Positions 38,214-51,581 of a DNA stretch of 64,000 bases are shown here, piece after piece (within the stretch, counting starts at the first letter, position 1; each line of letters starts with the position of its first letter). Both the position numbers and the translations under genes were made by a program. The notes under the pieces were generated by a model, which was not told the origin of the DNA, made no database searches, and worked only from the letters and a program-made list of their open reading frames with translations. Source of the DNA: Felis catus (Eukaryota); the NCBI RefSeq assembly GCF_018350175.1, contig NC_058368.1, positions 59,956,001 to 60,020,000 on the forward strand, in the 5' to 3' direction.

Positions 38214-38690
38214 GAGTGGTCTCCTCTTACCCAAGACTCCCACTTCCAAGAATTTTAGTAGATGCCTGAAACTGTGAATAGTACTGAACCTTACATATAC
38301 TAGGCTTTTTCTGTACATACCTACATATGATAAAGTTTAATTTATAAATTATGCATAGTAAGAGATGAAAAACAATAACTAATAATAAAATAGAACAATG
38401 ATAACAATATACTGTAATAAAAGTTATCAGAATGTGCTTTCACTCTCTATCAAAAAATCTTATTGTGTTATACTTACCCTTCTTCTTGTCATAATGTTAG
38501 ATGATAAGAGGCCTATGTGATGAGAGGAAGTGAGGTGAATGACACAGACACTGTGACATAGCTTTAAGCTACTACTGACTTTCTGATGATTGGTCCAAGG
38601 AGGATCATCTGCTCCTAGACCACCACTGACCTCAGGTAACAGAAAGTGATACAGCAATAAGGGAGGTGGGGGTGGGGAAGAACTACTATA
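38214..38690. mobile_element. TcMar-Tigger DNA transposon fossil (MER44-like)
   Basis: gatgcctgaaactgtgaatagtactgaacc...atgataaagtttaatttataaatta...tactgtaataaaagttat resembles the recalled consensus. Confidence 0.7.
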
Positions 38691-38691
38691 T

Positions 38692-38915
38692 ATTGAATGT
38701 TTACTGTGTATCAGGCAACTTGATAAGCACTTCACCTAAATGATCTCATTTAATTCTAACAGTAAGCATGTTGCAGGTTTATCAGCTACTATTATTATTC
38801 CCAAATAAGGTGAGGAGCCTGCATTTAGAAAAAAGCTAAAGACTAATACAGCTATATCCTAGCAGAAAGCAGATAGCTATATCCTAGCAGATACCGGCTT
38901 CAAATCCCATTCAAT
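38692..38915 (-). mobile_element. MIR fragment
   Basis: tattgaatgtttactgtgtatcaggca...atctcatttaattct...attattattccc...aggtgagga. Confidence 0.6.
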
Positions 38916-39202
38916 TAATTTTTAATAATAGGATTTGGTGTCCTATCTGCAAGCTGTCTTTTCCATATACAAAAGTATTTCTACTTAAAAAAGTAAATTT
39001 TTAGATACTGTGTGGCTATATCTAAAATAATTGGTACTTTAAATAGCATATTACTTATCTATTGGAAATTATTCTATTCAGCCAAAAAATTATTTTTAAA
39101 GAACTAAAATTATCAGGTTTCAAGTGGAGATATTTTCTAATAAGGCAGTTTATGGGCAAACCATTACAAACTACAAAATTAAATTTAAAAAAATATGGTG
39201 CC

Positions 39203-39385
39203 AGGGTGCCAGGGTGGCTCAGTTGGTTAAACCTTCCATTCTTGATTTGGGCTCAGGTCATGATGTCAGAGTTTATGGGTTCCAGACCCAAATGGAGTCT
39301 GATTGGGATTCTCTCTCTTCTCTCTGCCCCTCCCCTGCTCGTGCTCTGTCTCTAAAAATACATAACAATAAACCTTTAAAAAATT
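39203..39385 (+). mobile_element. CanSINE
   Basis: agggtgccagggtggctcag head; tttaaaaaa..tatggt flanks. Confidence 0.88.
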
Positions 39386-40004
39386 ATGGTTCCAACAAAA
39401 GGGAAGATGCTTTAAGTAATTCATTTTCATATGAAAATTATCAAACAGGTGATTTTGTTAATCTACCTCACTTTGCAAATAAGAAATCTGAGGTAGATGA
39501 GGCTACTTGACTTGTACTGGTTAACTCAGTACTGATTAACTCAAGCTTTTAGGGAGAGTGCATAAAATGTTTTCAAACTGATTCCTGTTGTACATGGATT
39601 AAAGGACTGTTTTCAGTCTTTAGCTAAAACAAATATACAAATCATAACCTGTATCAACATATGCCTAGTCGTATTATTGTAGATATATATCAGGAATATT
39701 TTTCTGGAAGTTGTTTTTCTGGATTTAATTAATTAATTAATTAATTTGCATATTTACTTATTTAATTTTATTTTATTGTTCATGTTTCAAGTTTTGTTTT
39801 GAATACTAGTTAGTTAACATATAGTGTAATATTAGTTTCAGTAGTACAATTGAGTGATTCATCACTTACATGTAACAACCAGGGCTCATCCTAACATGTG
39901 CCTTCCTTAATGCCCGTCACCCATTTAGCCCATCTCCCCCCATGCATCTCCTCTTCAGCAACCCTCAGTTTTTCTCTATAGTTAAGAGTCTGTTTTATGG
40001 TTTG

Positions 40005-40006
<2 letters not shown>

Positions 40007-40048
<42 letters not shown>
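40007..40048. repeat. (TA)n microsatellite
   Basis: Seen directly. Confidence 0.97.
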
Positions 40049-40051
<3 letters not shown>

Positions 40052-41000
40052 CATATTTTCTTTATGCATTCATCAGTCAATGGACATTTTGGCTCCTTCC
40101 ATGTAGATTTTGGATACTAATCCTTTATCAGATACATCATTTGCAAATATCTTCTAAAAGTATCTTTTGGTTTCGTTGATTATTTCCTTTGCTATGCAGA
40201 AACTTTTCATTTTGATGAGGTCCCAATAGTTCATTTTTTCTTTTGTTTTCCTTGCTTCCAGAGATATGTCTAATAAGAAGTTGCTAAGTCTGAGGTCATA
40301 GAGATTGCTCCCGTGTTCTCTAGGATTTTGATGGCTTCCTGACTCACATTTAGGTCTTTCATCCATTTTGGATTTCTTTTTGTGTATCATGTAGGAAAGT
40401 GGTCCAGTTTCATTCTTTTGCATGTTGCTGTCCAATTTTCCCAACACTGTTTGTTGAATAGACTGTATTTTGTCTATTGGATATTAATTCCTGCTTTGTT
40501 GAAGACTAGTTGGCCATATAGTTGTGGTCCATTTCTGGGTTTTCTGTACTGTTCCATTGATCTATGTGTCTGTTTTTGTGCCAGTACCATACTGTCTTGA
40601 TGATTACAGCTTTGTAATATAGCTTGAAGCCCAGGATTGTGATGCCTCCAGCTTTGCTTTTCTTTTTCAAGATTGTTTTGGCTTCTCGGGGTCTTTTGTG
40701 GTTCCATACAAAAGCTCTGTGAAAAGTGCTAGTAGTATTCCAATAGGGATTGCATTAAATGTGTAGATTTCTTTTTATTTTTATATGAAATTTATTGACA
40801 AATTGGTTTCTATACAACACCCAGTGCTCATCCCAAAAGGTGCCCTCCTCAATACCCATCACCCACCCTCTCCTCCCTCCCACCCCCCATCAACCCTCAG
40901 TTTGTTCTCAGTTTTTAACAGTCTCTTATGCTTTGGCTCTCTCACACTCTAACCTCTTTTTTTTTTCCTTCCCCTCCCCCATGGGTTCCTGTTAAGTTTC

Positions 41001-44000
41001 TCAGGATCCACATAAGAGTGAAACCATATGGTATCTGTCTTTCTCTGTATGGCTTATTTCACTTAGCATCACACTCTCCAGTTCCATCCACGTTGCTACA
41101 AAGGGCCATATTTCATTTTTTCTCATTGCCACGTAATATTCCATTGTGTATATAAACCACAATTTCTTTATCCATTCATCAGTTGATGGACATTTAGGCT
41201 CTTTCCATAATTTGGCTATTGTTGAGAGTGCTGCTATGAACATTGGGGAACAAGTGGCCCTATGCATCAGTACTCCTGTATCCCTTGGATAAATTCCTAG
41301 CAGTGCTATTGCTGGGTCATAGGGTAGGCCTATTTTTAATTTTCTGAGGAACCTCCACACTGCTTTCCAGAGCGGCTGCACCAATTTGCATTCCCACCAA
41401 CAGTGCAAGAGGGTTCCCGTTTCTCCACATCCTCTCCAGCATCTATAGTCTCCTGATTTGTTCATTTTGGCCACTCTGACTGGCGTGAGGTGATACCTGA
41501 GTGTGGTTTTGATTTGTATTTCCCTGATAAGGAGTGACGCTGAACATCTTTTCATGTGCCTGTTGGCCATCCGGATGTCTTCTTTAGAGAAGTGTCTATT
41601 CATGTTTTCTGCCCATTTCTTCACTGGGTTATTTGTTTTTCGGGTGTGGAGTTTGGTGAGCTCTTTATAGATTTTGGATACTAGCCCTTTGTCCGATATG
41701 TCATTTGCGAATATCTTTTCCCATTCCGTTGGTTGCCTTTTAGTTTTGTTGGTTGTTTCCTTTGCTGTGCAGAAGCTTTTTATCTTCATAAGGTCCCAGT
41801 AATTCACTTTTGCTTTTAATTCCCTTGCCTTTGGGGATGTGTCGAGTAAGAGATTGCTACGGCTGAGGTCAGAGAGGTCTTTTCCTGCTTTCTCCTCTAA
41901 GGTTTTGATGGTTTCCTGTCTCACATTTAGGTCCTTTATCCATTTTGTGTTTATTTTTGTGAATGGTGTGAGAAAGTGGTCTAGTTTCAACCTTCTGCAT
42001 GTTGCTGTCCAGTTCTCCCAGCACCATTTGTTAAAGAGGCTGTCTTTTTTCCATTGGATGTTCTTTCCTGCTTTGTCAAAGATGAGTTGGCCATACGTTT
42101 GTGGGTCTAGTTCTGGGGTTTCTATTCTATTCCATTGGTCTATGTGTCTGTTTTTGTGCCAATACCATGCTGTCTTGATGATGACAGCTTTGTAGTAGAG
42201 GCTAAAGTCTGGGATTGTGATGCTTCCTGCTTTGGTCTTCTTCTTCAAAATTCCTTTGGCTATTCGGGGCCTTTTGTGGTTCCATATGAATTTTAGGATT
42301 GCTTGTTCTAGTTTCGAGAGAATGCTGGTGCAATTTTGATTGGGATTGCATTGAATGTGTAGATAGCTTTGGGTAGTATTGACATTTTGACAATATTTAT
42401 TTTTCCAATCCATGAGCAGGGAATGTCTTTCCATTTCTTTAAATCTTCTTCAATTTCCTTCATAAGCTTTCTATAGTTTTCAGCATACAGATCCTTTACA
42501 TCTTTGGTTAGATTTATTCCTAGGTATTTTATGCTTCTTGGTGCAATTGTGAATGGGATCAGTTTCTTTATTTGTCTTTCTGTTGCTTCATTGTTAGTGT
42601 ATAAGAATGCAACTGATTTCTGGACATTGATTTTGTATCCTGCAACTTTGCTAATTCCTGTATCAGTTCTAGCAGACTTTTGGTGGAGTCTATTGGATTT
42701 TCCATGTATAATATCATGTCATCTGCAAAAAGCAAAAGCTTGACTTCATCTTTGCCAATTTTGATGCCTTTGATTTCCTTTTGTTGTCTGATTGCTGATG
42801 CTAGGACTTCCAGCACTATGTTAAACAGCAGCGGTGAGAGTGGGCATCCTTGTCGTGTTCCTGATCTCAGGGAAAAAGCTCTCAGTTTTTCCCCATTGAG
42901 GATGATGTTAGCTGTGGGCTTTTCATAAATGGCTTTTATAATCTTTAAGTATGTTCCTTCTATCCTGACTTTCTCAAGGGTTTTTTTAAGAAAGGGTGCT
43001 GGATTTTGTCAAAGGCCTTTTCTGCATTGATTGACAGGATCATATGGTTCTTCTCTTTTTTTTTTTTGTTAATGTGATGTATCACGTTGATTGATTTGCG
43101 AATGTTGAACCAGCCCTGCATCCCAGGAATGAATCCCACTTGATCATGGTGAATAATTCTTTTTATATGCCGTTGAATTCGATTTGCTAGTATCTTATTG
43201 AGAATTTTTGCATCCATATTCATCAGGGATATTGGCCTGTAGTTCTCTTTTTTTACTGGGTCTCTGTCTGGTTTAGGAATCAAAGTAATACTGCCTTCAT
43301 AGAATGAGTCTGGAAGTTTTCCTTCCCTTTCTATTTCTTGGAATAGCTTGAGAAGGATAGGTATTATCTCTGCTTTAAACGTCTGGTAGAACTCCCCTGG
43401 GAAGCCATCTGGTCCTGGACTCTTATTTGTTGGGAGATTTTTGATAATCGATTCAATTTCTTCGCTGGTTATGGGTCTGTTCAAGCTTTCTATTTCCTCC
43501 TGATTGAGTTTTGGAAGAGTGTGGGTGTTCAGGAATTGGTCCATTTCTTCCAGGTTGTCCAATTTGTTGGCATATAATTTTTCATAGTATTCCCTGATAA
43601 TTGTTTGTATCTCTGAGGGATTGGTTGTAATAATTCCATTTTCATTCATGATTTTATCTATTTGGGTCATTTCCCTTTTCTTTTTGAGAAGCCTGGCTAG
43701 AGGTTTGTCAATTTTGTTTATTTTTTCAAAAAACCAACTCTTGGTTTCGTTGATCTGCTCTACAGTTTTTTTAGATTCTATATTGTTTATTTCTGCTCTG
43801 ATCTTTATTATTTCTCTTCTTCTGCTGGGTTTATGCTGCCTTTGCTGTTCTGCTTCTAGTTCCTTTAGGTGTGCTGTTAGATTTTGTATTTGGGATTTTT
43901 CTTGTTTCTTGAGATAGGCCTGGATTGCAATGTATTTTCCTCTCAGGACTGCCTTCGCTGCGTCCCAAAGCGTTTGGATTGTTGTATTTTCATTTTCGTT

Positions 44001-44825
44001 TGTTTCCATATATTGTTTAATTTCTTCTCTAATTGCCTGGTTGACCCACTCATTCGTTAGTAGGGTGTTCTTTAACCTCCATGCTTTTGGAGGTTTTCCA
44101 GACTTTTTTCTGTGGTTGATTTCAAGCTTCATACCATTGTGGTCTGAAAGTATGCATGGTATAATTTCAATTCTTGTAAACTTATGAAGGGCTGTTTTGT
44201 GACCCAGTATATGATCTATCTTGGAGAATGTTCCATGTACACTCGAGAAGAAAGTATATTCTGTTGCTTTGGGATGTAGAGTTCTAAATATATCTGTCAA
44301 GTCCATCTGATCCAATGTCTCATTCAGGGCCCTTGTTTCTTTATTGACCGTGTGTCTAGATGATCTATCCATTTCTGTAAGTGGGGTGTTAAAGTCCCCT
44401 GCAATTACCACATTCTTATCAATAAGGTTGCTTATGTTTATGAGTAATTGTTTTATATATTTGGGGGCTCCGGTATTTGGCGCATAGACATTTATAATTG
44501 TTAGCTCTTCCTGATGGATAGACCCTGTAACTATTATATAATGTCCTTCTTCATCTCTTGTTACAGCCTTTAATTTAAAGTCTAGTTTGTCTGATATAAG
44601 TATGGCTACTCCAGCTTTCTTTTGGCTTCCAGTCGCATGATAAATAGTTCTCCATCCCCTCACTCTCAATCTAAAGGTGTCCTCAGGTCTAAAATGAGTC
44701 TCTTGTAGACAGCAAATAGATGGGTCTTGTTTTTTTATCCATTCTGATACCCTATGTCTTTTGGTTGGCGCATTTAATCCATTTACATTCAGTGTTATTA
44801 TAGAAAGATACGGGTTTAGAGTCAT
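41001..44825 (-). pseudogene. L1 ORF2 (APE endonuclease, reverse transcriptase, C-terminal Cys-rich domain), frameshifted
   Basis: Starts [18 protein letters not shown] with EN motifs (CCLQETH, GDFNTPL, SDHNG). RT motifs PGPDGF, YRPISL and LFADDMI; C-terminal CWRGC...HCWWEC. Split over ORF-track pieces 42960-44879, 42568-42816 and 41001-42434 by apparent 1-nt deletions near 42985, 42655 and 42315. Confidence 0.95.
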
Positions 44826-44875
44826 TGTGATGTCTGTATGTTTTATGCTTGTAGTGATGTCTCTGGGACTTTGTC

Positions 44876-45415
44876 TCACAGGGTCCCCCTTAGGATCTCT
44901 TGTAGGGCTGGTTTAGTGGTGACAAATTCCTTCAGTTTTTGTTTGTTTGGGAAGACCTTTATCTCTCCTTCTATTCTAAATGACAGACTTGCTGGATAAA
45001 GGATTCTTGGCTGCATATTTTTTCTGTCTAGCACCCTGAAAATCTCGTGCCAATTCTTTCTGGCCTGCCAAGTTTCAAAAGAGAGATCAGTCACGAGTCT
45101 TATAGGTCTCCCTTTTTATGTGAGGGCACGTTTACCCCTTGCTGCTTTCAGAATTTGAGCTGTGGTGGTTTCCATTTTGTTATGCATTTCGTTTAAAGCG
45201 TTTTTCAGCTCCTCGTGACTGTTCCTTAGTCCCTTGATCTCTGTAGCAAGAGATTCTCTGCTGTCCTGTATACTGTTTTCAAGCCCAGCGATTAATTTTA
45301 TGACTATTATTCTAAATTCACTTTCTGTTATATTATTTAAATCCTTTTTGATCAGCTCATTAGCTGTTGTTATTTCCTGGAGATTCTTCTGAGGGGAATT
45401 CTTCCACTTGGTCAT
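44876..45415 (-). pseudogene. L1 ORF1, internally deleted, with a premature stop
   Basis: MTKWKNSPQK...METTTAQ joins directly to ILKAARGKRALT*KGRPIRLVTDLS...LQEILRGTL in one frame. Only 540 nt long, with an in-frame TAA at 45116-45118. Confidence 0.9.
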
Positions 45416-46347
45416 TTTGGATAGTCCCTGGCGTGGTGAGGACCTGCAGGGCACTTCCCCTGTGCTGTGGTGTATAACTGGAGTTGGTGGGCGGAGCCAC
45501 AGTCAGACCTGATGTCTGCCCCCAGCCCACCGCTGGGGCCACAGTCAGACTGGTGTGTGCCTTCTCTTCCCCTCTCCTAGGGGCGGGATTCACTGTGGGG
45601 TGGTGTGGCCCGTCTGAGCTACTTGCACACTGCCAGGCTTGTGATGCTGGGGATCTGGTGTATTAGCTGGGGTGGGTAGGCAAGGTGCACAGGGGCAGGA
45701 GGGGCAGGCTTAGATCGCTCTCCTTAGGTGATCCACTTCAGGAGGGGCCCTGTGGCAGCGGGAGGGAGTCAGATCTGCTGCCGGAGGTTTGGCTCCGCAG
45801 AAGCACAGAGTTGGGTGTTTGCGCGGAGGGAGCAAGTTCCCTGGCAGGAACTGGTTCTCTTTGGGATTTTGGCTGGGGGATGGGCGGGGGAGATGGCGCT
45901 GGCTAGCGCCTTTGTTCCCCACCAAACTGAGCTCTGTTGTCAGGGAGCTCAGCAGCTCTCCCTCCCTTTGTCCTCCAGCCTTCCCTCTTTCCGAGCAGAG
46001 CTGTTAACTTATGACCGCCCAGACGCTAAGTCGTGCTTGCCGTCGGAACACAGTCCGTCAGGCCCTTCCGCTTTTGCAAGCCAGACTCGGGGGCTCTGCT
46101 TGGCCGGCGAGCCGCCCCTCCGCCCCGGCTCCCTCCCGCCAGTCCGTGGAGCGCTCACCGCCTCACCGCCAGCCCTTCCTACCCTCTTCCCTGGGCCTCT
46201 CGTCTGAGTTTGGCTCCGGCGACTCCGTTCTGCTAATCCTCTGGCGGTTTTCTGGGTTATTTAGGCAGGTGTAGGTGGAATCTAAGTGATCAGCAGGACG
46301 TGTGGTGAGCCCAGCGTCCTCCTAAGCCGCCATCTTGCAAAACCCCC
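45416..46347 (-). promoter_or_regulatory. L1 5' UTR internal promoter, CpG-rich, with a YY1-type motif
   Basis: The only long GC/CpG-rich stretch in the window. CAAGATGGCGG (YY1 core) lies on the minus strand at 46327-46337, about 10 nt from the element 5' end, as in other mammalian L1s. Confidence 0.8.
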
Positions 46348-47039
46348 TAAATGTGTAGATTTCTTTGGGTAGTATTGACATTTTAACAATATTTGTTCTT
46401 CTACTCCATGACCATGGGATATTTTTGCACTTCTTTGTGTCATCTTCAATTTTTTTCATAACTTTGCTACAGTTTTCAGAGTACAGATCTTTTACCCTTT
46501 GGCTGGGTTTATTCCTAGGTATCTTATGGGTTTTTGATGAAATGTAAATGGTATCAATTTCTTGATGTCTCTTTCTGATGCTTTATTATTGGTGTATAGA
46601 AATGCAACATATTTCTGTATATTGACTTTGTATCCTGTGACTTTACTAATTCGTGTATCAGTTCTAGCAATTTTTTGGTGGAGTCTTTCAGGTTTTCTAC
46701 ATAGAGCATCATGTTGCTGCAAACAGTGAAAGTTTGACTTCTCCCTAGCTGATTTTGATGGCTTTTATTTCTTCTCGTTGTCTGAGTGCTGAGGCTAGGA
46801 CCTCAGTACAATATTAAATAACAATGATAAGAGTGGACATCTTTGTCTTTTCCCTGACTCAAGGAAAAGCTCTCAGTTTTTCCCTATTGAGTGGGTCTTT
46901 CGTATGTGGCCTTTATGTAGTTAAGGTATGTTCCCTCTAGCCCTGGTTTGTTGAGGGTTGTTATCAGGAATGAATGTTATATTTTGTCCAATGCTTTTTC
47001 TGCATCTGCTGAGAGGTTCATATGGTTCTTATTCTTTTG

Positions 47040-47255
47040 TTTATTTTTTTTTATTTTTTCAAAACATTTATTTATTTATTTTGAGAGATGAAGGGATGGG
47101 GAGGGCAGAGAGAGAGGGAAAGAGAGATTTCCAAGCAGGCTCTGTATGTCTATAGTACTCCTGACAGGAGGCTCAATGTCATAAACTGTGAATCTACAAC
47201 CTGAGCCAAAATAAAGAGTCACATGCTTAACCCACTGACCCACCAAGGCACCCCC
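47040..47255 (-). mobile_element. CanSINE inside the older L1
   Basis: ...cccaccaaggcacccc head, T tail. Confidence 0.88.
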
Positions 47256-47576
47256 TATTCTTTCTTTTATTAATGTGGTGTATCACATTGATTGTTTTGC
47301 AAATATTGAATCACCTTTTAACTTTCTGGGTGAAAGTATAAATACCTATGTCCTTTTGCAAGATGTTTGCAAATCTCTGGACAAAGTGCTTCTGTTATTT
47401 TTCATTCACAGTAGGAATGTATGAATTTACCTAATTGACCACAAGTTTCCAACAGAAAATGTTGTCAAATTATTGTATTTTTTCATCTGATAGATGATTA
47501 ATAGTATAATATTTTCATACAAACATACCTTATTTAGAACCGGATTCATCATTTTATATCTTAGAAACATTTACAT

Positions 47577-47802
47577 TTCTTTTGTTTTTTAATTTTTTTA
47601 ATGTATTTATTTTTGAGAGAGACAGAGACAGAATGCGAGTGAGTTAGGGACAGAGAGAGAGAGGGAGACACAGAATCTGAAGCGGGCTCCAGGCTATGAG
47701 CTGTCAGCACAGAGCCCGACGTGGGGCTAGAACTCACAAGCTGTGAGATCATGACCTGAGCCGAAGTCAGATGCTGAACAGACTGAGCCACCCAGGCGCC
47801 CC
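47577..47802 (-). mobile_element. CanSINE
   Basis: TSD gaaacatttaca at 47564-47575 and 47803-47814. Confidence 0.95.
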
Positions 47803-48289
47803 GAAACATTTACAGTTCTATGAGTGTGTGTGAGTGTGTATATGTGTGTGTCCTTTGTCCATATCTTCAGACTATTGTTCTATTGGATTGTTGGTCTTCT
47901 TCTTCCTTTTTTTAGAAATTCTTTGTAAGTTGTTTGTTCATTACACAATTTGCCAATATTCACCGGATTTTTCTCACATTTTTTGTTTTAATATACTAAT
48001 ATTTATTAATCTTTTAAGTTGTAAGATAATTTTTCACTCATAAATAATTTCCCAAATCTTATTAAAAGTTAGATCTTTCATCAAGTATTTCAAGACTCAC
48101 ATTCATCATATGCTACTTTTCCATATACTGCAAAGTAGATCTTAACTCCATTTTCCGGATTTTTCTAAAGGATGTTAGAATGGATGGTATACGTTCTCAG
48201 TGAGGGTAAATATCAAAGTACCAATATGAAGTAGCATTCCTATTACTGTAATATCTGTATACTTTATAAAATTATAAAAAGACTTACAT

Positions 48290-48465
48290 AGTTCTTATAT
48301 ATACATCTGAGAATTTCTAAGTACTTTGCATGTATTGGCTCATTTAATACTATGTGAAATCTGTGAGGCAGATACTATTTTTTTCCTCATTTTGCAAATT
48401 AGAAAACGGAGCCATAGAGAACCACAGATTGAGTGCAGGCAATCTGGGTTTCTAACCCACTACAA
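48290..48465 (-). mobile_element. MIR fragment
   Basis: ctcatttaat...tgtgaggcagatactatt...cattttgcaaattagaaaacggagcc MIR core. Confidence 0.6.
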
Positions 48466-50407
48466 CTTGCTTCTTTTATCCTGCTCAGGCTGTGACCATG
48501 CCACCTGCTTACATTTCTTCAAGTTTTGAAGTATTTATCATTTAAAAGTAAATATGACATGTAAAACATTAGATATCACTGCCGCCTAATTTGAGAAACA
48601 CCAAGCACTAATATGAAATTCATTCAATGTAAATTTATATCATTTTATCACTTCGTGTCTTCCACGAACTGTGCTACCTGGAAAACTTAAAATAATTGTT
48701 TGTCATTAACTGTAGCATACTGTTGTCAGAAATAACCAAAGTAGCCTCTTCATAAATGTCTTCTACTTGAGTAATCACTAAATCATATTTGTCATATTGA
48801 GAGGCCATGAGCACAGTGGTTAAAATCTCCAGCTTGAAATTAGTCAGCCTGGATCAGATCCTCACTTAGCTATTCTGTTAGTTTTGTAGTCCCAGACTTA
48901 TATTTGTTGCTTTAAAGTGAATTTTCCTTCTGACTTAAATGGGCTGAAAATATATACTTTACTCATTAAATTTTCCTAAATGTTTCACACATAAGTGCCA
49001 TATACATTTTACCTATTATTATATCAAAAGGAGTTATAGTTAATTGCTATGCAAAGAGGAAAGATGAAAACAATAACTGCATTTTGTAAACAAAGATAAA
49101 ACAACCAGTAGATATGATTCACTATCTTTAATGAGCTGAAATGAAAAGCAAACTAAATCCTTTACATGTAATTAGACATGGGAAGTAAAGCATGCTACTC
49201 TACTAATTTGGTTTGGAGACAATATCGAGCTATGATATCTTTTTAGCATCAGTGAAACTGACACTGATGCAAACTAAGTAATTAATAGAAAAAACACAGT
49301 AAGCTCAAGGAGACAGTGGATGGGGAGAAATTGTCTCATTATTCTTACCAGCCAGTCAATCTGGCATTCACTAGACAGGTAGATGCATGCAAAGGGAAAC
49401 AAAATTTTTCATCAATAAAATCTAAATCAGTAACAGCAGAAAGTAGTATGAAAGAAAAATAGAGGAATACATAAGGGATCCATTTTTACTCTTCATTAAT
49501 CACAATGAAAAATAATATCATAAGTACGAAGTGTCCAGAGTTATGTTCCTTAGTCATCCTTGGACTTCTTACCATAACTTTATAAAAAGAAAAAAAATGA
49601 TGGTTGACTTTGCACAATTCAAATTAGGCACTTATTACAACATTTTAGGATGTTCTGGGAACCTTATTCTGACCTTAAATGTCTTTAGAATTAGATTTAT
49701 TACCCTGAATTCCAAATATCTGGCATTATTTTGTGTTGGGAAGCTCAATGTGAGAGTCTAAATGGTAACTGTGGAGGGATATTATGCAACAGCAAACTTT
49801 TTGATGGTTAATAATCATGAATCTATTGTCTGCTTCCTATCCCCAATCCTCATATGAAACACTCGCATTTAGAATATTTGGCTTTTAGAAAAGCAAGAGA
49901 ATTCATAGCCATTCAATATTTGCAACCTGCATAGGATCTCTGGCATTATCCCTATAGCAACACATTAACATTTCTGCAGCTAAAAATGATCACACTAACT
50001 GAGATGTATAAAGAATATAAATAGCCTGACACCAATTCCTCTCAGGTTTGCCACTAAATGACTTTTTTTATGGTTTCCAAAATTTTTTGGATTTTAGAAT
50101 TCTGAAAGAGGTAATATCTAAAAGTCATTTACTTACATTAGGTAGCTAGCTATATAAAAGTTAAAGTGAAGGTATTAGTGGGCAAGAGACTGAATACCAA
50201 GCACTACATGCTATTTGGAGAACAAGCTCGGAAAGTGGTTTTAGAAACATCAGAGCCTGTGGGCATCATGAACATTTTCTTTTATTCTTTGCAAGATTGA
50301 TGCACAAGGAAACATTTGGCAAATGTAAGTATATACACAGATCTTATGAAACATAGAGAATTCCAAGTAGTAAACCAACACAAAAGTAGTTAGACAAGAA
50401 TATTATA

Positions 50408-50622
50408 ATCATCAAACTTGCTAAGAGACTGTATCTTGCTTATTACAATCACAAAAAAAGAGTGGTAATTCTGTGATGTGCTTAGAAGTGCTAACTATTG
50501 CTACAGTGGTAATCATATTACAGTATATGTATACATCAAATGAACATGCTGTACAACTTAAATTTACATGTTTTATGTCAAATATATTTCAATAATAGTA
50601 TTAGTAATAATAATAATAATAA
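50408..50622 (+). mobile_element. Short L1 3'-end fragment
   Basis: ...tgtacaacttaaatttacatgttttatgtcaaatatatttcaataa followed by an (AAT)n tail. Confidence 0.7.
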
Positions 50623-50864
50623 AGGAATTACATGGACAACCGCAAATGGGCCTGGGTTAGAGAATTTAGACCCATATCTAAAATTATCACAAAAATTACC
50701 TTATGGAACATGTCATTATCAGTTTAAATAGCCAAATACAAGTATAACAGAATATTCAAACTTTATGATATGAATAATGAATAATTTTATGTATTTTTGG
50801 TAGATAAAACACACAAGAACCTTACATACACCAACATGTAAACCATTACTTTTTGCTACTGTTG

Positions 50865-51052
50865 TTTGTTTTTTTCTAAGTTTATTTATTTTGATAGAAA
50901 GAGAGAGAAAGAGAGAGAATCGCAAGCAAGCTCTGCATTGTCATCTCAGAGCCCGACACGGGACTAGAACTCACAAACTGCACAGTGATATCTGGCCTGA
51001 GATGAAATCAGGAGTTGGAGACTCATCTGGCTGAGTCACCCAGGCATCCCCC
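50865..51052 (-). mobile_element. CanSINE
   Basis: ...gagtcacccaggcatcccc head. Confidence 0.88.
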
Positions 51053-51581
51053 TGTTACTGGTTTACTAAGTTTCACTGAGTAACTCCAAGCAAGCAGCAA
51101 TACATTCAATTAACCTTATGTTGCTTAACTAAAATAGGCATAAGATCTGTCCCTTTGTATCTTACACCTAATGAGTTAATGTGACCTTAGAAAAATATTT
51201 ATTGCTTAGCAATGTCTTTTTGCCTGCTTTCTGGCTGAGACAATAATATAAGGCAATATTGAGAAAATAATATTTTTCTATTTTCTAGCCTATTATTTGA
51301 TTAATTATTTTAGTGAAAGTTCTGTTTTAATGAGTTTCATTTGGTTACTCTTGAAATCTTTAAGTTGGTTTTTATGTTCATCTGAAAAAGCATGCAAGTG
51401 TACCACAAAATTTTGAAGAGAAATTGATGGCACTTAATGGGATAGAAGTTACCTGACAATATATTAAAATGAGCTATAAAAGAAAATAATATATTTTAGT
51501 GTCAAACTAACAAAAATGATAGACAAATAGGACACTGACACAAAATAATCTAAAATTAACTTGTCATAAAAGGGAGGCTTA

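Larger units (their letters stand above)
40775..46347 (-). mobile_element. Young, 5'-complete LINE-1 (felid L1) with an internal ORF1 deletion, nested in an older L1
   Basis: Perfect 19-bp TSD taaatgtgtagatttcttt at 40756-40774 and 46348-46366. Short T-rich tail and L1 3' UTR at the left end, then ORF2, ORF1 and a CpG-rich 5' UTR starting GGGGGTTTTGCAAGATGGCGG on the minus strand. Confidence 0.97.
39770..47320 (-). mobile_element. Older carnivore L1 fragment (3' UTR plus ORF2), interrupted by the young L1 and by a SINE at ~47040-47255
   Basis: Decayed L1 3' end at ~39770-40100 and ORF2-like sequence to 40774. It resumes colinearly after the TSD at 46348 (gggtagtattgacatttt...) and runs to ~47320. 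Confidence 0.88.

Noticed and set aside
45484..46274. Cluster of GC-rich ORFs, including a 159-aa plus-strand ORF (ORF0-like?)
   Set aside because: They lie in the GC-rich L1 5' UTR, where stop codons are rare. ORF0 is described for primate L1s and I see no supporting similarity.
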